The notes: generated by a model not told the origin, from the sequence alone. A stretch of DNA of 64,000 nt from Candidatus Magasanikbacteria bacterium UBA922 (GCA_002293825.1 DBDW01000009.1:26170-90169); one strand, 5' to 3'. Shown: positions 23,859 through 34,368, numbered from the stretch's first letter. Program-made: numbers and translations.

Positions 23859-24782
23859 TTATTCTGTAGAAGATTTCATTAGAAACCTCTCAAACAAGGA
23901 ATTGACTTTAGCAGCACCTTGGTCCTTGTCTAAAATTCTACCATTTATCTCTTCCATCTTAAGGGAATGCACCCCATTCGAGTTCTCAATACTGACCATA
24001 CCAGTATCAACTGCAATAATCTTACCAACACGAAGTTTACCATCGTCACCGATAAAAGTTACAAAATCGTGTAATTGAAAATTTCGGTCACGCAAATCAA
24101 CATATTGCATGGATTTCTCTGGAAGATCAGGTTCAAAATAAGCAGTACTGATATAGACTGGTGTAACTATCCGCCCCCTGAGAAGAAACATATTAATAAT
24201 AAACAATCCACCAATAAAAATAGTAACGAGGAAAAAAGAAATAACAACGCTTTCAAAAAAGCGAATTACTAAATTCTTTCTTTTCAGCTTAAGAAATACA
24301 ATTACATACAATGGAAAAAGAACTGTGAGAAGAATTCTAAATGGTAAAAAAACTTTTGGAGTCGCAATCCACGCAAAAACAATAAGGATGCCTTGTAAGC
24401 CGAAAAGTGTGACAAACCCAGCAATCAAATATAGCTCAGGAAATACAAAGGTAATTGCAATTTGACTCAAAATTACCACAACAGCAGCAAAAAATATATA
24501 TTTCACCTTTAGAGAAGTAGAAAGAACATCGGTAACCTCAATCTCTTCCTCTCTAAGAGTGTTCCAACCTGTAACATCAGCAATCACTAATATAATCCAG
24601 AACACATATGGCACTACAGTTCCAATGCCTGGAACAGTATGTAATTGAAACAAAGAAAAGACAATAATTAATAGAACAAAAGAAATTAAGATAACCCCAA
24701 GTGCACGCTGATATGCCTTGCTATAGAGTACTTGTTCTCGCTCATCGACAGGCTTATGTAGAAACCACAAAATATTTTTCAT
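23859..24782 (-). CDS. Membrane protein with a cytoplasmic C-terminal domain (DUF2975-like?), paired with an XRE regulator
   Basis: Six predicted TM helices. It is followed by an XRE HTH gene in the same orientation, which is the usual DUF2975 / y4mF-type pairing. Confidence 0.3.
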   Translation of the reverse strand: MKNILWFLHKPVDEREQVLYSKAYQRALGVILISFVLLIIVFSLFQLHTVPGIGTVVPYVFWIILVIADVTGWNTLREEEIEVTDVLSTSLKVKYIFFAAVVVILSQIAITFVFPELYLIAGFVTLFGLQGILIVFAWIATPKVFLPFRILLTVLFPLYVIVFLKLKRKNLVIRFFESVVISFFLVTIFIGGLFIINMFLLRGRIVTPVYISTAYFEPDLPEKSMQYVDLRDRNFQLHDFVTFIGDDGKLRVGKIIAVDTGMVSIENSNGVHSLKMEEINGRILDKDQGAAKVNSLFERFLMKSSTE

Positions 24783-24800
24783 ACAGATGCATTAGATAAG

Positions 24801-25004
24801 TTAGGGTAAAAAACGAAAAATGTCTTCAATTTTTACATTAAAAAGCTCAGCACACTTATAGGCAAGATAGAGGGTTGGTTGATATTTCCCCTGCTCTATG
24901 GCATTAATGGTCTGTCGAGTAACACCCAGTTTGAGTGCCAACTCTTCTTGGGTCATATCCTGCCGCACCCGCAAATCTTTCAAATTACAGATAATGCTAG
25001 GCAT
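24801..25004 (-). CDS. XRE-family (Cro/C1-type) HTH transcriptional regulator
   Basis: LRVRQDMTQEELALKLGVTRQTINAIEQGKYQPTLYLAYKCAELFNVKIEDIF is a canonical HTH_XRE. The start is probably the internal Met. Confidence 0.7.
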   Translation of the reverse strand: MPSIICNLKDLRVRQDMTQEELALKLGVTRQTINAIEQGKYQPTLYLAYKCAELFNVKIEDIFRFLP

Positions 25005-25076
25005 AGGTAATGTAAAATACTTTTTACACAATCTATTCGTAATGTAAAATACTTTTTACATATTGTCAAGTATCAA

Positions 25077-25949
25077 ATGTGGATAAATATGACTACAATC
25101 AAAAACCTACTAATAGTTGGAACAAAAAAAATTGACCGCCTAGATGCTGAGCTTATATTGGCACATGTTCTTAAAAAAAAACGAGAATTTGTGATTACTC
25201 ATCCAGAATTCTTAGTCCCCTGTTTTCCAAAGTTTAGATTCCAAAATAGTGTTTCGAAGAGAACAAAAGGAATCCCTCTTGCCTATCTCACCGGACACAA
25301 AGAGTTTTTTGGGCTCGATTTTTTGGTAAACAAGCACACGCTAATCCCTCGACCAGAAACTGAAGTATTGATAGAAGAAGCACTGAAAGAAATTAAAAAA
25401 AATACTACGATAATTGATGTGGGTACTGGCTCAGGCTGTATCCCTATTTCAATTATAAAATCTCTCAAAGCCAATAGCACAACCTACGCAACTGACATCT
25501 CAGCCAAAGCTCTTAGAATGGCACGAAAAAATGCCGCTAAACATGCTGTTGAAATAAAATTTTTCAAAGGGAACCTTCTTGAGCCAATAATCAAAAACTA
25601 TGATCTATTGACTATTGGCTCTGAACTAATCATCACAGCCAATCTTCCCTATCTTACACAGAAACAATTTGACGAAGAAGTATCGATCCAACACGAACCA
25701 CATTCAGCACTGGTAGCTGAAGACAATGGTCTTGCGCTCTACAAAAATTTACTGAATCAAATACAATTTCTAATTTCCAATTTTCAATTTCGTATTTCTG
25801 CATTTTTCGAAATCGATCCCTCTCAATCTCTCCCCCTTTCAAAACATGTACACAACCTCTTCCCTAATCCAGAAATCAAAATTATCAAAGATGGTATGGG
25901 AAACGATCGAGTGATACATATCATCATTGACAAATCCACTCACTCGTGA
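25077..25949 (+). CDS. prmC: Release factor glutamine N5-methyltransferase PrmC/HemK, with variant motif NLPY in place of NPPY
   Basis: SAM-binding IIDVGTGSGCIPISI. PLAYLTGHKEFFGLDF...LIPRPETE matches the HemK N-terminal motifs. Catalytic motif TANLPYL. Near prfA. Confidence 0.7.
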   Translation: MWINMTTIKNLLIVGTKKIDRLDAELILAHVLKKKREFVITHPEFLVPCFPKFRFQNSVSKRTKGIPLAYLTGHKEFFGLDFLVNKHTLIPRPETEVLIEEALKEIKKNTTIIDVGTGSGCIPISIIKSLKANSTTYATDISAKALRMARKNAAKHAVEIKFFKGNLLEPIIKNYDLLTIGSELIITANLPYLTQKQFDEEVSIQHEPHSALVAEDNGLALYKNLLNQIQFLISNFQFRISAFFEIDPSQSLPLSKHVHNLFPNPEIKIIKDGMGNDRVIHIIIDKSTHS

Positions 25950-25996
25950 TAGGTTCAGGCATCCGCACTGGTGCGGAGCTACACAGGAGAACACCA

Positions 25997-26389
25997 ATGA
26001 AAGTTCGAGGAGACCTCAGCATTCAGAATCGGACGATCATCTTCAGCACAAACATTGAAATCACGCGAAACCCACTCAACATCACGTTCCCGATGAAGAA
26101 AAAAGACTGGGGACGACTGCATGCAGAAAGCACATCTGGCAAACGCCTGATTGAGCACTTGATGTCCGTGATCGAAATCGAGAAGGTACTGATCGATCCA
26201 TACCAGGTCGAGATCATTTTCAAAGACACGCTCTCACGCACACAAGAAAGAAAATTCGTAGAAGCAATGATGGAGGCAATGGGCACGATCATGAAGATCA
26301 GGTCCGAGCACGTCATCGTGACGAATCGTGCGGTAGACGAAGATGTCCTACCAGAACTGAGCCAACCCACATCCGAGGAATCGGACTGA
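25997..26389 (+). CDS. Hypothetical protein, first gene of a GC-rich island
   Basis: ORF 25946..26389. The start was chosen at MKVRGDL with AGGAG 8 nt upstream. About 50% GC. No recognisable domain. Confidence 0.4.
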   Translation: MKVRGDLSIQNRTIIFSTNIEITRNPLNITFPMKKKDWGRLHAESTSGKRLIEHLMSVIEIEKVLIDPYQVEIIFKDTLSRTQERKFVEAMMEAMGTIMKIRSEHVIVTNRAVDEDVLPELSQPTSEESD

Positions 26390-26408
26390 CAGAGGAAGGA
26401 GAAAGAAA

Positions 26409-26759
26409 ATGAAGTGGTCAGAACTCTACGCTGGCATGACAGTGATCCCCGAGATCATCCTGTCCGAGCGAATCGAAGCCTACCTGGAATACAGGGAAGG
26501 CACCTATCCTGCCGAGACGAGAGATGAGCTCAACCTCACGGTGAAGCTGCTCGAGCTCAAGAACAACCCGCACGAAGTGATCCTCAAGTTCGACACTTCG
26601 GGCGTGGAATTACCAGAGGGCATGAAACACGGTATCTATGACATCGTGTTCAAATGGAAAAACGGTGGCGTGACACTGAAAGCCGAGACACTGCCCGCAA
26701 CCATGTTCGAAGATGCGAAAGTGCCACACGCACTGCTCGTAAAACTCGGTCTGAAGTAG
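26409..26759 (+). CDS. Hypothetical protein, second gene of a GC-rich island
   Basis: Strong RBS AGGAAGGAGAAA. About 54% GC. No recognisable domain. Confidence 0.4.
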   Translation: MKWSELYAGMTVIPEIILSERIEAYLEYREGTYPAETRDELNLTVKLLELKNNPHEVILKFDTSGVELPEGMKHGIYDIVFKWKNGGVTLKAETLPATMFEDAKVPHALLVKLGLK

Positions 26760-26816
26760 ACAATAGGGCTCCGCTCACTGACAGTGGTCAGGGGCGGAGT
26801 TCTCAACAAAACTATT

Positions 26817-26840
26817 TTGCACCATAACGGTGCTTTTTTA
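26817..26840 (+). terminator. Rho-independent terminator closing the GC-rich cassette
   Basis: gcaccataacggtgc hairpin followed by TTTTTTA. Confidence 0.5.
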
Positions 26841-26850
26841 TATAAAAAAG

Positions 26851-27921
26851 CTATTCCCATGCAACGGTACCACGCCCGTTCACAACCTCAATCCAAATCG
26901 TTCCTGGAGTAAAAGGAATTTCTTTTCCATCCATATCATAAAAACGAGTTTTTGATTCACGTGAATTTTTGACCCACGTTCCAGTCACCAATCTACCCTT
27001 GGTAAATACGTGCGCACCACCTTCCCCCACAGTAGTGATATCAAGTCTTCCCACCTCATCAAGAACACGAGACTCGACCTGCTGTACGACAATTGTATCA
27101 GCAGTAATTACTGTGCCATCCTGATCTGCATGAGGCTTACCCATCTGAAATCGAGTATACTTCTCAGTAGATGAGGAATACACCCACACTGCCTCATACA
27201 CCGGAGGACTAAAAGAAATCGTAATAGTAATAACACAGGCATCGTCACAAACAGGCACCGATCCATATAGCCATGTAGATGAGACAAATAATGTGGAAGT
27301 TGTCCCATATTCTTCAAAACCTTTTTTCAATAATTCAGTCGAGGTATACACATTATGCGGTGCATACCGATCCGTACTCCTCCAAAAATATGAACCTCGA
27401 TAAAATTCATTAAAATCAAAATAGCGCGATGACTTGAGTGCAGCGAGTGCCGCAGGAGAACCGCCCACATGTGCATACAATGGTGTTCCGTATTCACTCA
27501 CCCAATCAAGAAAATAAGACCGCGCACTACGTACGGGACCAATCTTTGAGACACCCTGTTGACTGGTATACAAAGCCATAAACCGAGAAAAATTCGCTTC
27601 GACTGGTGCTTCATATACCACTGACGCACGCGCAAGTCCTGACTGAGGACGAGCATCACGATGATTTTCAATCATGACCGCATATAATTCGTATTCCTGC
27701 TCCTCCAAATCTACACAACGCCCATCGAGTGCTCGCGGCTCACACACCACCGATGATTCATCAGGAACAAAAGATTCATCTACCAAAGACACGGTGCTAC
27801 GATATGACGAATGGAATACAAACCACACCAACAAAACAACACCAAGCACAGTAATTACTGCTGATGCAATATATAATAACTTTATTTCACGATTACCGAT
27901 CGTAACAGTATCATTACGCAT
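26851..27921 (-). CDS. DUF3048-family lipoprotein-like protein (YerB-like), N-terminally membrane anchored
   Basis: ORF 26851..27987. TM anchor, then ENHRDARPQSGL and a C-terminal Gly-rich segment, as recalled for DUF3048 N/C domains. Confidence 0.45.
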   Translation of the reverse strand: MRNDTVTIGNREIKLLYIASAVITVLGVVLLVWFVFHSSYRSTVSLVDESFVPDESSVVCEPRALDGRCVDLEEQEYELYAVMIENHRDARPQSGLARASVVYEAPVEANFSRFMALYTSQQGVSKIGPVRSARSYFLDWVSEYGTPLYAHVGGSPAALAALKSSRYFDFNEFYRGSYFWRSTDRYAPHNVYTSTELLKKGFEEYGTTSTLFVSSTWLYGSVPVCDDACVITITISFSPPVYEAVWVYSSSTEKYTRFQMGKPHADQDGTVITADTIVVQQVESRVLDEVGRLDITTVGEGGAHVFTKGRLVTGTWVKNSRESKTRFYDMDGKEIPFTPGTIWIEVVNGRGTVAWE

Positions 27922-28038
27922 AGTAAAAATATTACAAAAGAGACTGTAATTGTACCACACCACCCAAACACAATGATACAAAAACACTTCTCACTAATTC
28001 AAAAACCGCCAGAGTAACCGGCGGTTTTGTGTAATTTG

Positions 28039-28707
28039 TTATTTCTTTTCAGCAGACTCTCCTTCACCAGCATCTTCTTCTTTCTTTCCTTTCTTTTCCA
28101 CTTCAATATCTTCAATAGTTGTAGATGAAGATTCTTCCATCGCCTTCAACTGTTCTTCAGAGAGTGGAGCAGAAACTTTAGCAATCAATGCGTCTGCATC
28201 TTCAAGTGCGGTAATACCTACAGGAAGCGCAATATCTTTTACATAAATCGCATCATCAAAGGTTTTCAACACTGAAAGATCTACAGTAACTTCACTCACC
28301 AAATCTTTTGGCAAACATTTAATTTCAAGAGTATCTTGTGTCTTCATAAGTGTACCACCCTCTTTCACTGCTGCTGATTCTCCAACAAACACGAGATCAA
28401 TCGCCGCATGCATCTCTTCGTTCATATTAATCTGTCGAAGATCAAAATGGATGATCACACTCTTTACCGGATCATACTGTACATCCTGAATCAGGGCTTT
28501 TACTGCACCTGACTGCCCTTCTACAACAACATCAATAAGACTTGATTCCCCGGCTTCATTGTATAACTTCAAAAATTCATTAGAAGCAACACTGACTGAA
28601 GTAGGTTCACGATCAGGACCATAGATAACACCAGGAATCTGTCCTGCGGTTCGAAGTTCCTGTGATTTTTCAGCACCACGTGCTTTGAGTGTAAGTGAAT
28701 ACGGCAT
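28039..28707 (-). CDS. rplY: 50S ribosomal protein L25 / general stress protein Ctc, with an acidic/Lys-rich C-terminal tail
   Basis: LTLKARGAEKSQELRTAGQIPGVIYG matches the L25 N-terminal signature. Confidence 0.75.
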   Translation of the reverse strand: MPYSLTLKARGAEKSQELRTAGQIPGVIYGPDREPTSVSVASNEFLKLYNEAGESSLIDVVVEGQSGAVKALIQDVQYDPVKSVIIHFDLRQINMNEEMHAAIDLVFVGESAAVKEGGTLMKTQDTLEIKCLPKDLVSEVTVDLSVLKTFDDAIYVKDIALPVGITALEDADALIAKVSAPLSEEQLKAMEESSSTTIEDIEVEKKGKKEEDAGEGESAEKK

Positions 28708-28726
28708 ACTACGCTAGTAAAACAAG

Positions 28727-29083
28727 TTAATTCATTATCGTATTAAAAGAAGTTGAAAAAGTGGGATTGGTAAGTGCCTGATAGCACTCAATAACCATAT
28801 CTTCAGTAAGTGCCTCTCGATGACGAAAACGGACACTATCCTCATAGACGAGATCACTCATCATTCCAATGAGCCCAAGTCCGAGCTGTGTACTCCCGAT
28901 AAAAAAAATCAAGGAATTATGACACATGACACAGGTCGTATGTAGTACATGTGAACTTTCAGTAGATTCTACAGTTTTGATATGTTCGTGTTCGAACACT
29001 GTAGCGCACACCGGGCATTCACGCATGACTTTGAACTGGGACCGAAGTGAATCGAGAGAAAATTGTGGTTGTGGTCTACCCAT
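28727..29083 (-). CDS. Hypothetical Cys-containing (putative zinc-ribbon) protein
   Basis: CPVC ... CVMC pairs. No other recognisable motif. Confidence 0.3.
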   Translation of the reverse strand: MGRPQPQFSLDSLRSQFKVMRECPVCATVFEHEHIKTVESTESSHVLHTTCVMCHNSLIFFIGSTQLGLGLIGMMSDLVYEDSVRFRHREALTEDMVIECYQALTNPTFSTSFNTIMN

Positions 29084-29113
29084 ACAAAGCTGAAATACTA
29101 TAGCAAAAGAATA

Positions 29114-30244
29114 TCAACTCGTCAAGAGAGAGCGTGAGCTTGATCGAGCAGCACTCTGAGCGATACCAATCAAGAGAAAATTCGCAATCAAAGACGAACC
29201 TCCATAACTCACCAAAGGTAATGTAACACCAGTTACCGGTAAAAGTCCAATCGCAGCTCCAACATTGATAATGACCTGTAATAAAAACATAAGAGCAATA
29301 CCAAGCGCAACATACGAAGAAAACTCTGCACGAGCTCGATACGCAATAAGACTAAGTCGAAACAAGAGAAGACCATACAACACCAATACCAAACACGTAC
29401 CGATAAACCCAAGCTCTTCTCCAATAACTGAAAAAATAAAGTCTGTCTGAGCTTCAGGCAAAAAATGAAGTTGTGATTGTGACCCAAACCCAAGACCTCG
29501 TCCAAAAATTCCACCTGCACCAATTGCAATAATTGACTGTGTAACATTATACCCAGAACCCAACGGATCTCGTTCAGGCTCAAGAAATGTCAAAATACGA
29601 TCTTTTTGATAGGGTTGAAGTAAAAACATCCATGCACAGATAGAGATAATAACACCAGACATCACGAGTCCGATCGTATATCGTTTTGGTATACCAGCCA
29701 ACAGTATCATACCAAACCATACCCCCACCAAAACCATAGACGAGCCAAGGTCAGGTTGCAACATAATCAATCCAGCCAAAAGACCAGCTAATGTAGTCAT
29801 CACCAATAAAAATTGCCATCGCTGAAACTGACGAGCCTGCCGATCAATCCGCCACGCCAGAAAAATAATCAAAGCAATTTTTGCAAATTCAGCGGGCTGA
29901 AATGAAAAACCAAACACTCGAAACCAGCCTGTCGTACCACGAATCGTGGTACCAAAAAATAATACCGAGACAAGCAGTATTACGGCAGTAAGATAAAAAA
30001 ACTTAGCATGCGCTTCATAAAAGGTAATATGCACCCGAGAAAAAATAAATAAACCAACAAATCCGATACCCAGTGCCAAAACCTGTCTCGAAAAAAAACT
30101 CAACCCTTCACCTCGAGAAAGATCTACACTATAAATTGCAGCAAGACCGATACACGAAAGAATCAATGCGGTAAAAAGTAAAATCGCATCATACCCCCGA
30201 AATGTCTTAACCAAAAAATCAAGCATACGAAACAACAAGTTCAC
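29114..30244 (-). CDS. SEDS-family peptidoglycan glycosyltransferase (FtsW/RodA)
   Basis: Ten-TM SEDS pattern with conserved PxxDxGS..LPxxGxxLPxxSYGGSS at the C-terminus. Confidence 0.75.
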   Translation of the reverse strand: MNLLFRMLDFLVKTFRGYDAILLFTALILSCIGLAAIYSVDLSRGEGLSFFSRQVLALGIGFVGLFIFSRVHITFYEAHAKFFYLTAVILLVSVLFFGTTIRGTTGWFRVFGFSFQPAEFAKIALIIFLAWRIDRQARQFQRWQFLLVMTTLAGLLAGLIMLQPDLGSSMVLVGVWFGMILLAGIPKRYTIGLVMSGVIISICAWMFLLQPYQKDRILTFLEPERDPLGSGYNVTQSIIAIGAGGIFGRGLGFGSQSQLHFLPEAQTDFIFSVIGEELGFIGTCLVLVLYGLLLFRLSLIAYRARAEFSSYVALGIALMFLLQVIINVGAAIGLLPVTGVTLPLVSYGGSSLIANFLLIGIAQSAARSSSRSLLTS

Positions 30245-30297
30245 CTAATAGGTACCATACGTGAAAAAAGAATTCAAATATAGACCCCACACACATG

Positions 30298-31311
30298 TCA
30301 ATTCATGAAAACCTGTGAATCAAACACATTGACCAAAGGTTCAATAATGACACCGTCAATCAAAACGTCTTCAGAAAAAACACCAAGAGAAACTTGACGC
30401 ACTTCCCCACCCATAAATTGAGAAAGAGTCACAGGAGCGACACCGATCAATTGTCCTGCACGTTCAAATCTCACTAATACCGGAAATTCCCAAAAATCAA
30501 ATACTGAATTATTGGTAATGGAAAAAGACACAATAGGCGCTGCAATATTTTCAGTCTGATTGGTAGGAAGATATGAAAAATCACTAACACTCGTATCAAT
30601 TCGCTGAGTATAATATGCGACCGGATCAGAAATGATATGTGGATCTATGCGTTTCCATGTCACCGACACAATGTCGAGCACAGCAGAATTCAAAACATCC
30701 CCTGATTCATATCCGAGAAAAAAAAGTGAGCGCTGAGTATTCGGCAAAACCAGTGCCTCACGTGTCTCAGTAACGCCACGAGGTAATGTAAATCGATAAG
30801 AAACTTCTGCAATCCAATTACGATTAGGGTTATTCACTTCAGCAAAAATATCATACTGACCTTCTACTCCAGGAAAAATACGTGTGGCCGTAAACGAAAG
30901 ATCTTGTGGCTGAAAACGCAACCCGACATTCGTCGGTAAATACGAATATGATAAGTTTTTCAAATTTGCCCGATCCACCTGATAATCAAAAATAGCATAC
31001 TTCCCAATAAAAAAGAGGCTCGTGCCGAGCGTACCTACAGACCACACAGTCAATACCGTGATCACCACCGTGCGCACAGTCGCACGATGTTTCGCATACC
31101 ACGTTGCAGCACGAAGCGACTGATTGGAAAATTCACCAGTCGGATCTTCATATCGATCCAATAATGATGGTTTGTTATTAAACATAGTACATACTAGTAT
31201 AGCATAAAAAAGTACAATACAGAACGCACACAAAATATAGTAGGTATAAGCGTAAATTTTTTCCAAAAAGAAATCATTCGTCACACCAAAAATTACACGA
31301 TCCGTATTCAC
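30298..31311 (-). CDS. Hypothetical N-terminally membrane-anchored extracytoplasmic protein
   Basis: One or two N-terminal TM helices followed by a large domain with no recognised motifs. Confidence 0.35.
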   Translation of the reverse strand: MNTDRVIFGVTNDFFLEKIYAYTYYILCAFCIVLFYAILVCTMFNNKPSLLDRYEDPTGEFSNQSLRAATWYAKHRATVRTVVITVLTVWSVGTLGTSLFFIGKYAIFDYQVDRANLKNLSYSYLPTNVGLRFQPQDLSFTATRIFPGVEGQYDIFAEVNNPNRNWIAEVSYRFTLPRGVTETREALVLPNTQRSLFFLGYESGDVLNSAVLDIVSVTWKRIDPHIISDPVAYYTQRIDTSVSDFSYLPTNQTENIAAPIVSFSITNNSVFDFWEFPVLVRFERAGQLIGVAPVTLSQFMGGEVRQVSLGVFSEDVLIDGVIIEPLVNVFDSQVFMN

Positions 31312-31418
31312 AGATCCCCCACCCAGACTTTACGACTTAGGCCCTCCATGCTAAACTCTCTACCGTACGCAAGCCTTTTAAGCATTTCAGGCCTTTGTGG
31401 CCTCTCAAGCCGTCTTTT

Positions 31419-33464
31419 ATGTCCAAAACAGCAAAAGTAAACTCATCATACAGTGCAAAAAATATTCAAGTACTTGAAGGATTAGCAGCAGTGCGCAAAC
31501 GACCAGGAATGTACATCGGCTCTACAGGTGCCCCAGGTCTACACCATCTCATCTGGGAAGTGGTTGACAATTCGATTGACGAAGCAATGGCTGGACACTG
31601 TGATCAAATTACCATCAAATTATTGCCCGATCATTGGATTGAAGTAACAGACAATGGACGTGGTATTCCTGTAGATATTCATCCACAAAAAAAAGTAAGT
31701 GCACTCGAACTCGTACTCTCGACCCTTCATGCCGGAGGTAAATTTGGCGAAGAAGATGGTGGATACAAAGTATCCGGAGGTCTACATGGTGTCGGTGTGT
31801 CAGTAGTAAACGCACTCTCGACCGATCTGATTGCTACCGTACATCGTGATGGAAAAATTTGGGAACAACGATACAAAATCGGTAACCCTCAAAACAAAGT
31901 AAAAGCAATCGGCACGACAAAAACCACCGGAACTACGATTGCATTTCGTGCAGATGACTCAATTTTTGAAACCATTGACTACGAATGGAAATATATCATC
32001 GACCATATCAGACAGCAGACCTATCTCAATAAAGGTGTGCGTATTGTAATTATCGACGAACGCAGCGAAGAAGAACGAAAAAAAGACAAAACCGCACTTC
32101 CATTCAAAAAAAATACTCATCAATTCTTTTTTGAAGGAGGAATCGAGAGTTATATTCGCCACATCAATAAAAACAAGGAGCCAAAACACGAAAGTATTTT
32201 CTATACTGAAAAAACAGTAGATAATACAATCGTAGAAATTGCACTGCAATACACAGGAGACTTCACTGAATCACTCCACGCATTTACCAATAACATCACC
32301 AATCCAGATGGCGGTACACATGTCTCAGGATTTCGTACAGCACTCACAAGAACATTGAATACCTACGCTCGAAACAAAGGAATGCTCAAAGAAAAAGACG
32401 GCAATCTTACGGGAGAAGATGTGCGTGAAGGACTAAGTACAATCATCTCAGTAAAAACCCCAAATCCTCAATTCGAGGGACAGACCAAAGCAAAATTGGG
32501 AAATCCAGAAGTAAAACCAGCGGTAGAATCTGTCTTTTCTGAGCAATTCATGATCTTCCTCGAAGAACACCCGAAAGACGCTGAAGCAATCATCGGACAA
32601 TGTATGATTGCGGCAAAAGCTCGTGCGGCAGCAAAAATGGCACGCGACACCGTACTCCGCAAAAGTGCCTTGGAAGGATTTACCTTACCAGGAAAACTTG
32701 CAGACTGCTCCAGCAGAAAACCGGAACGCTGTGAACTCTACATCGTAGAGGGAGACTCAGCAGGCGGTAGTGCAAAACAAGGTCGTGATCGAAATACTCA
32801 AGCAATCCTCCCACTTCGTGGTAAAGTCTTGAATGTAGAACGAGCACGACTCGACAAAATTCTCACAAACAATGAATTGAAGTCACTCATCATTGCAATG
32901 GGAACCAATATCGGAGAAATGTTTGAAATCGCACGTCTAAGATACCACAAAATCATCATCATGACCGATGCGGACGTCGATGGATCACATATCCGCACCC
33001 TCCTCCTCACCCTCTTCTTCCGCTACTTCCCCGATCTCATCTACCAGGGACACATCTACGTAGCACAGCCACCACTTTTCAGTATCAAGAAAGGCAAAGA
33101 AGTAACCTGGATCTACAATGAGACCGCGCTCAATGACTACAAAAAGAAATTCGGAATTACAGACGAAGACATGCAGGTAGTCGAGGAAGAGACTGATGTA
33201 GACGCTCCAGCACCCGAAGTAGTCGAAAGTAAAGCTGGAAAATCAAAGCTCAACATTCAACGATATAAAGGTTTGGGAGAAATGAATCCAGAACAACTCT
33301 GGGAAACAACCATGAATCCAGAAAACCGAGTGTTGAAACGTGTCACTATCGAAGATGCAGAAAAAGCTAGTGAGACCTTCGACATTCTCATGGGAAGCGA
33401 AGTCGCTCCTCGCAAAAAGTTTATCCAAACTCATGCGAAGAATGTGAAGAACTTGGATATATAA
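31419..33464 (+). CDS. gyrB: DNA gyrase subunit B
   Basis: ORF 31395..33464. The real start is probably MSKTAKVN. GHKL ATPase motifs, Toprim EGDSAGG, and C-terminal PLRGK. There is no long enterobacterial insertion. Confidence 0.9.
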   Translation: MSKTAKVNSSYSAKNIQVLEGLAAVRKRPGMYIGSTGAPGLHHLIWEVVDNSIDEAMAGHCDQITIKLLPDHWIEVTDNGRGIPVDIHPQKKVSALELVLSTLHAGGKFGEEDGGYKVSGGLHGVGVSVVNALSTDLIATVHRDGKIWEQRYKIGNPQNKVKAIGTTKTTGTTIAFRADDSIFETIDYEWKYIIDHIRQQTYLNKGVRIVIIDERSEEERKKDKTALPFKKNTHQFFFEGGIESYIRHINKNKEPKHESIFYTEKTVDNTIVEIALQYTGDFTESLHAFTNNITNPDGGTHVSGFRTALTRTLNTYARNKGMLKEKDGNLTGEDVREGLSTIISVKTPNPQFEGQTKAKLGNPEVKPAVESVFSEQFMIFLEEHPKDAEAIIGQCMIAAKARAAAKMARDTVLRKSALEGFTLPGKLADCSSRKPERCELYIVEGDSAGGSAKQGRDRNTQAILPLRGKVLNVERARLDKILTNNELKSLIIAMGTNIGEMFEIARLRYHKIIIMTDADVDGSHIRTLLLTLFFRYFPDLIYQGHIYVAQPPLFSIKKGKEVTWIYNETALNDYKKKFGITDEDMQVVEEETDVDAPAPEVVESKAGKSKLNIQRYKGLGEMNPEQLWETTMNPENRVLKRVTIEDAEKASETFDILMGSEVAPRKKFIQTHAKNVKNLDI

Positions 33465-33465
33465 A

Positions 33466-33497
33466 AAATAAACAACCGCTTACGCGGTTGTTTTGTA
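33466..33497 (+). terminator. Rho-independent terminator after gyrB
   Basis: aacaaccgcttacgcggttgtt hairpin followed by TTTGT. Confidence 0.55.
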
Positions 33498-33564
33498 ATA
33501 TAAGTTAGTTGAGGGGTCGGACGCATTGTTGCAATCCGCCCCCTCTCGTCGACACACTAGCCCT

Positions 33565-34368
33565 CTACCGAAGGAGTTCATCCTTCAGCTTTCGAAGCCC
33601 GGGGACGTACGGAAGTCCTGTGGACAGAAACTTAGCATGAAGCGCACGCTTCAAGCCAACTAGTCCAGTCTTCTTGTAATCACTGCAAAAGTCGAGAAAA
33701 CACTCCCAACCCTGCGCGACAGCAAATGCACATTCCCGATCGTAGGCCTCGACCTCCCTCTTAAACCAAACTCTTACCACCTCATCACTCAGAGAATCAG
33801 TCACACGGAGCGGGCCGAATTCTTTCGATGCAGACTCCTCTCCATACTGACTCACAAATTCCTTGTACTGCAGATAATGTACATACTCATGCAGAACAAT
33901 GAGCTGAAGAAGTTGTTTAGGCGTCTGTGGATTATACATCGCTTGTAGCGATATGTGCATGATAGGTGTACTACCTTTCCCCTCGATAGAGCGAACCATG
34001 AACAATGCAATAGTCGCCCCGCCTCCAAGTCCATGGTCCTCGAGATTAAGCCAAAGAACGCGTTCGTCGATGAGACGGAACATATCCTCTCTGATCTCAC
34101 GATCAGGATGCGAGAGCACTAGATCCTTGAGAATCATACTCGGATCTTCACTCACGATCTTGCGAGGTACACTAGTTGCAGCCAGAACTTCGCACGAGTT
34201 CACGGGCTGATTTGAAGGAGGGCTACTGATCGTACCCCTCACACCCGCGCTCTTGGTCTGTGTAACCTCTTTAACGACCACCAACACGACCACGATGCCG
34301 AAGACGATGAGGAACCATTTCCACCACTCCTGATCACTGGAATTCTTGATGTTAGTACGACGAGCCAT
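33565..34368 (-). CDS. Membrane-anchored putative zinc metallopeptidase (HExxH) in a GC-rich island
   Basis: N-terminal TM anchor. LHEYVHYLQ contains an HExxH motif. AGGAG RBS. About 50% GC with G/C-ending codons. Confidence 0.4.
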   Translation of the reverse strand: MARRTNIKNSSDQEWWKWFLIVFGIVVVLVVVKEVTQTKSAGVRGTISSPPSNQPVNSCEVLAATSVPRKIVSEDPSMILKDLVLSHPDREIREDMFRLIDERVLWLNLEDHGLGGGATIALFMVRSIEGKGSTPIMHISLQAMYNPQTPKQLLQLIVLHEYVHYLQYKEFVSQYGEESASKEFGPLRVTDSLSDEVVRVWFKREVEAYDRECAFAVAQGWECFLDFCSDYKKTGLVGLKRALHAKFLSTGLPYVPGLRKLKDELLR

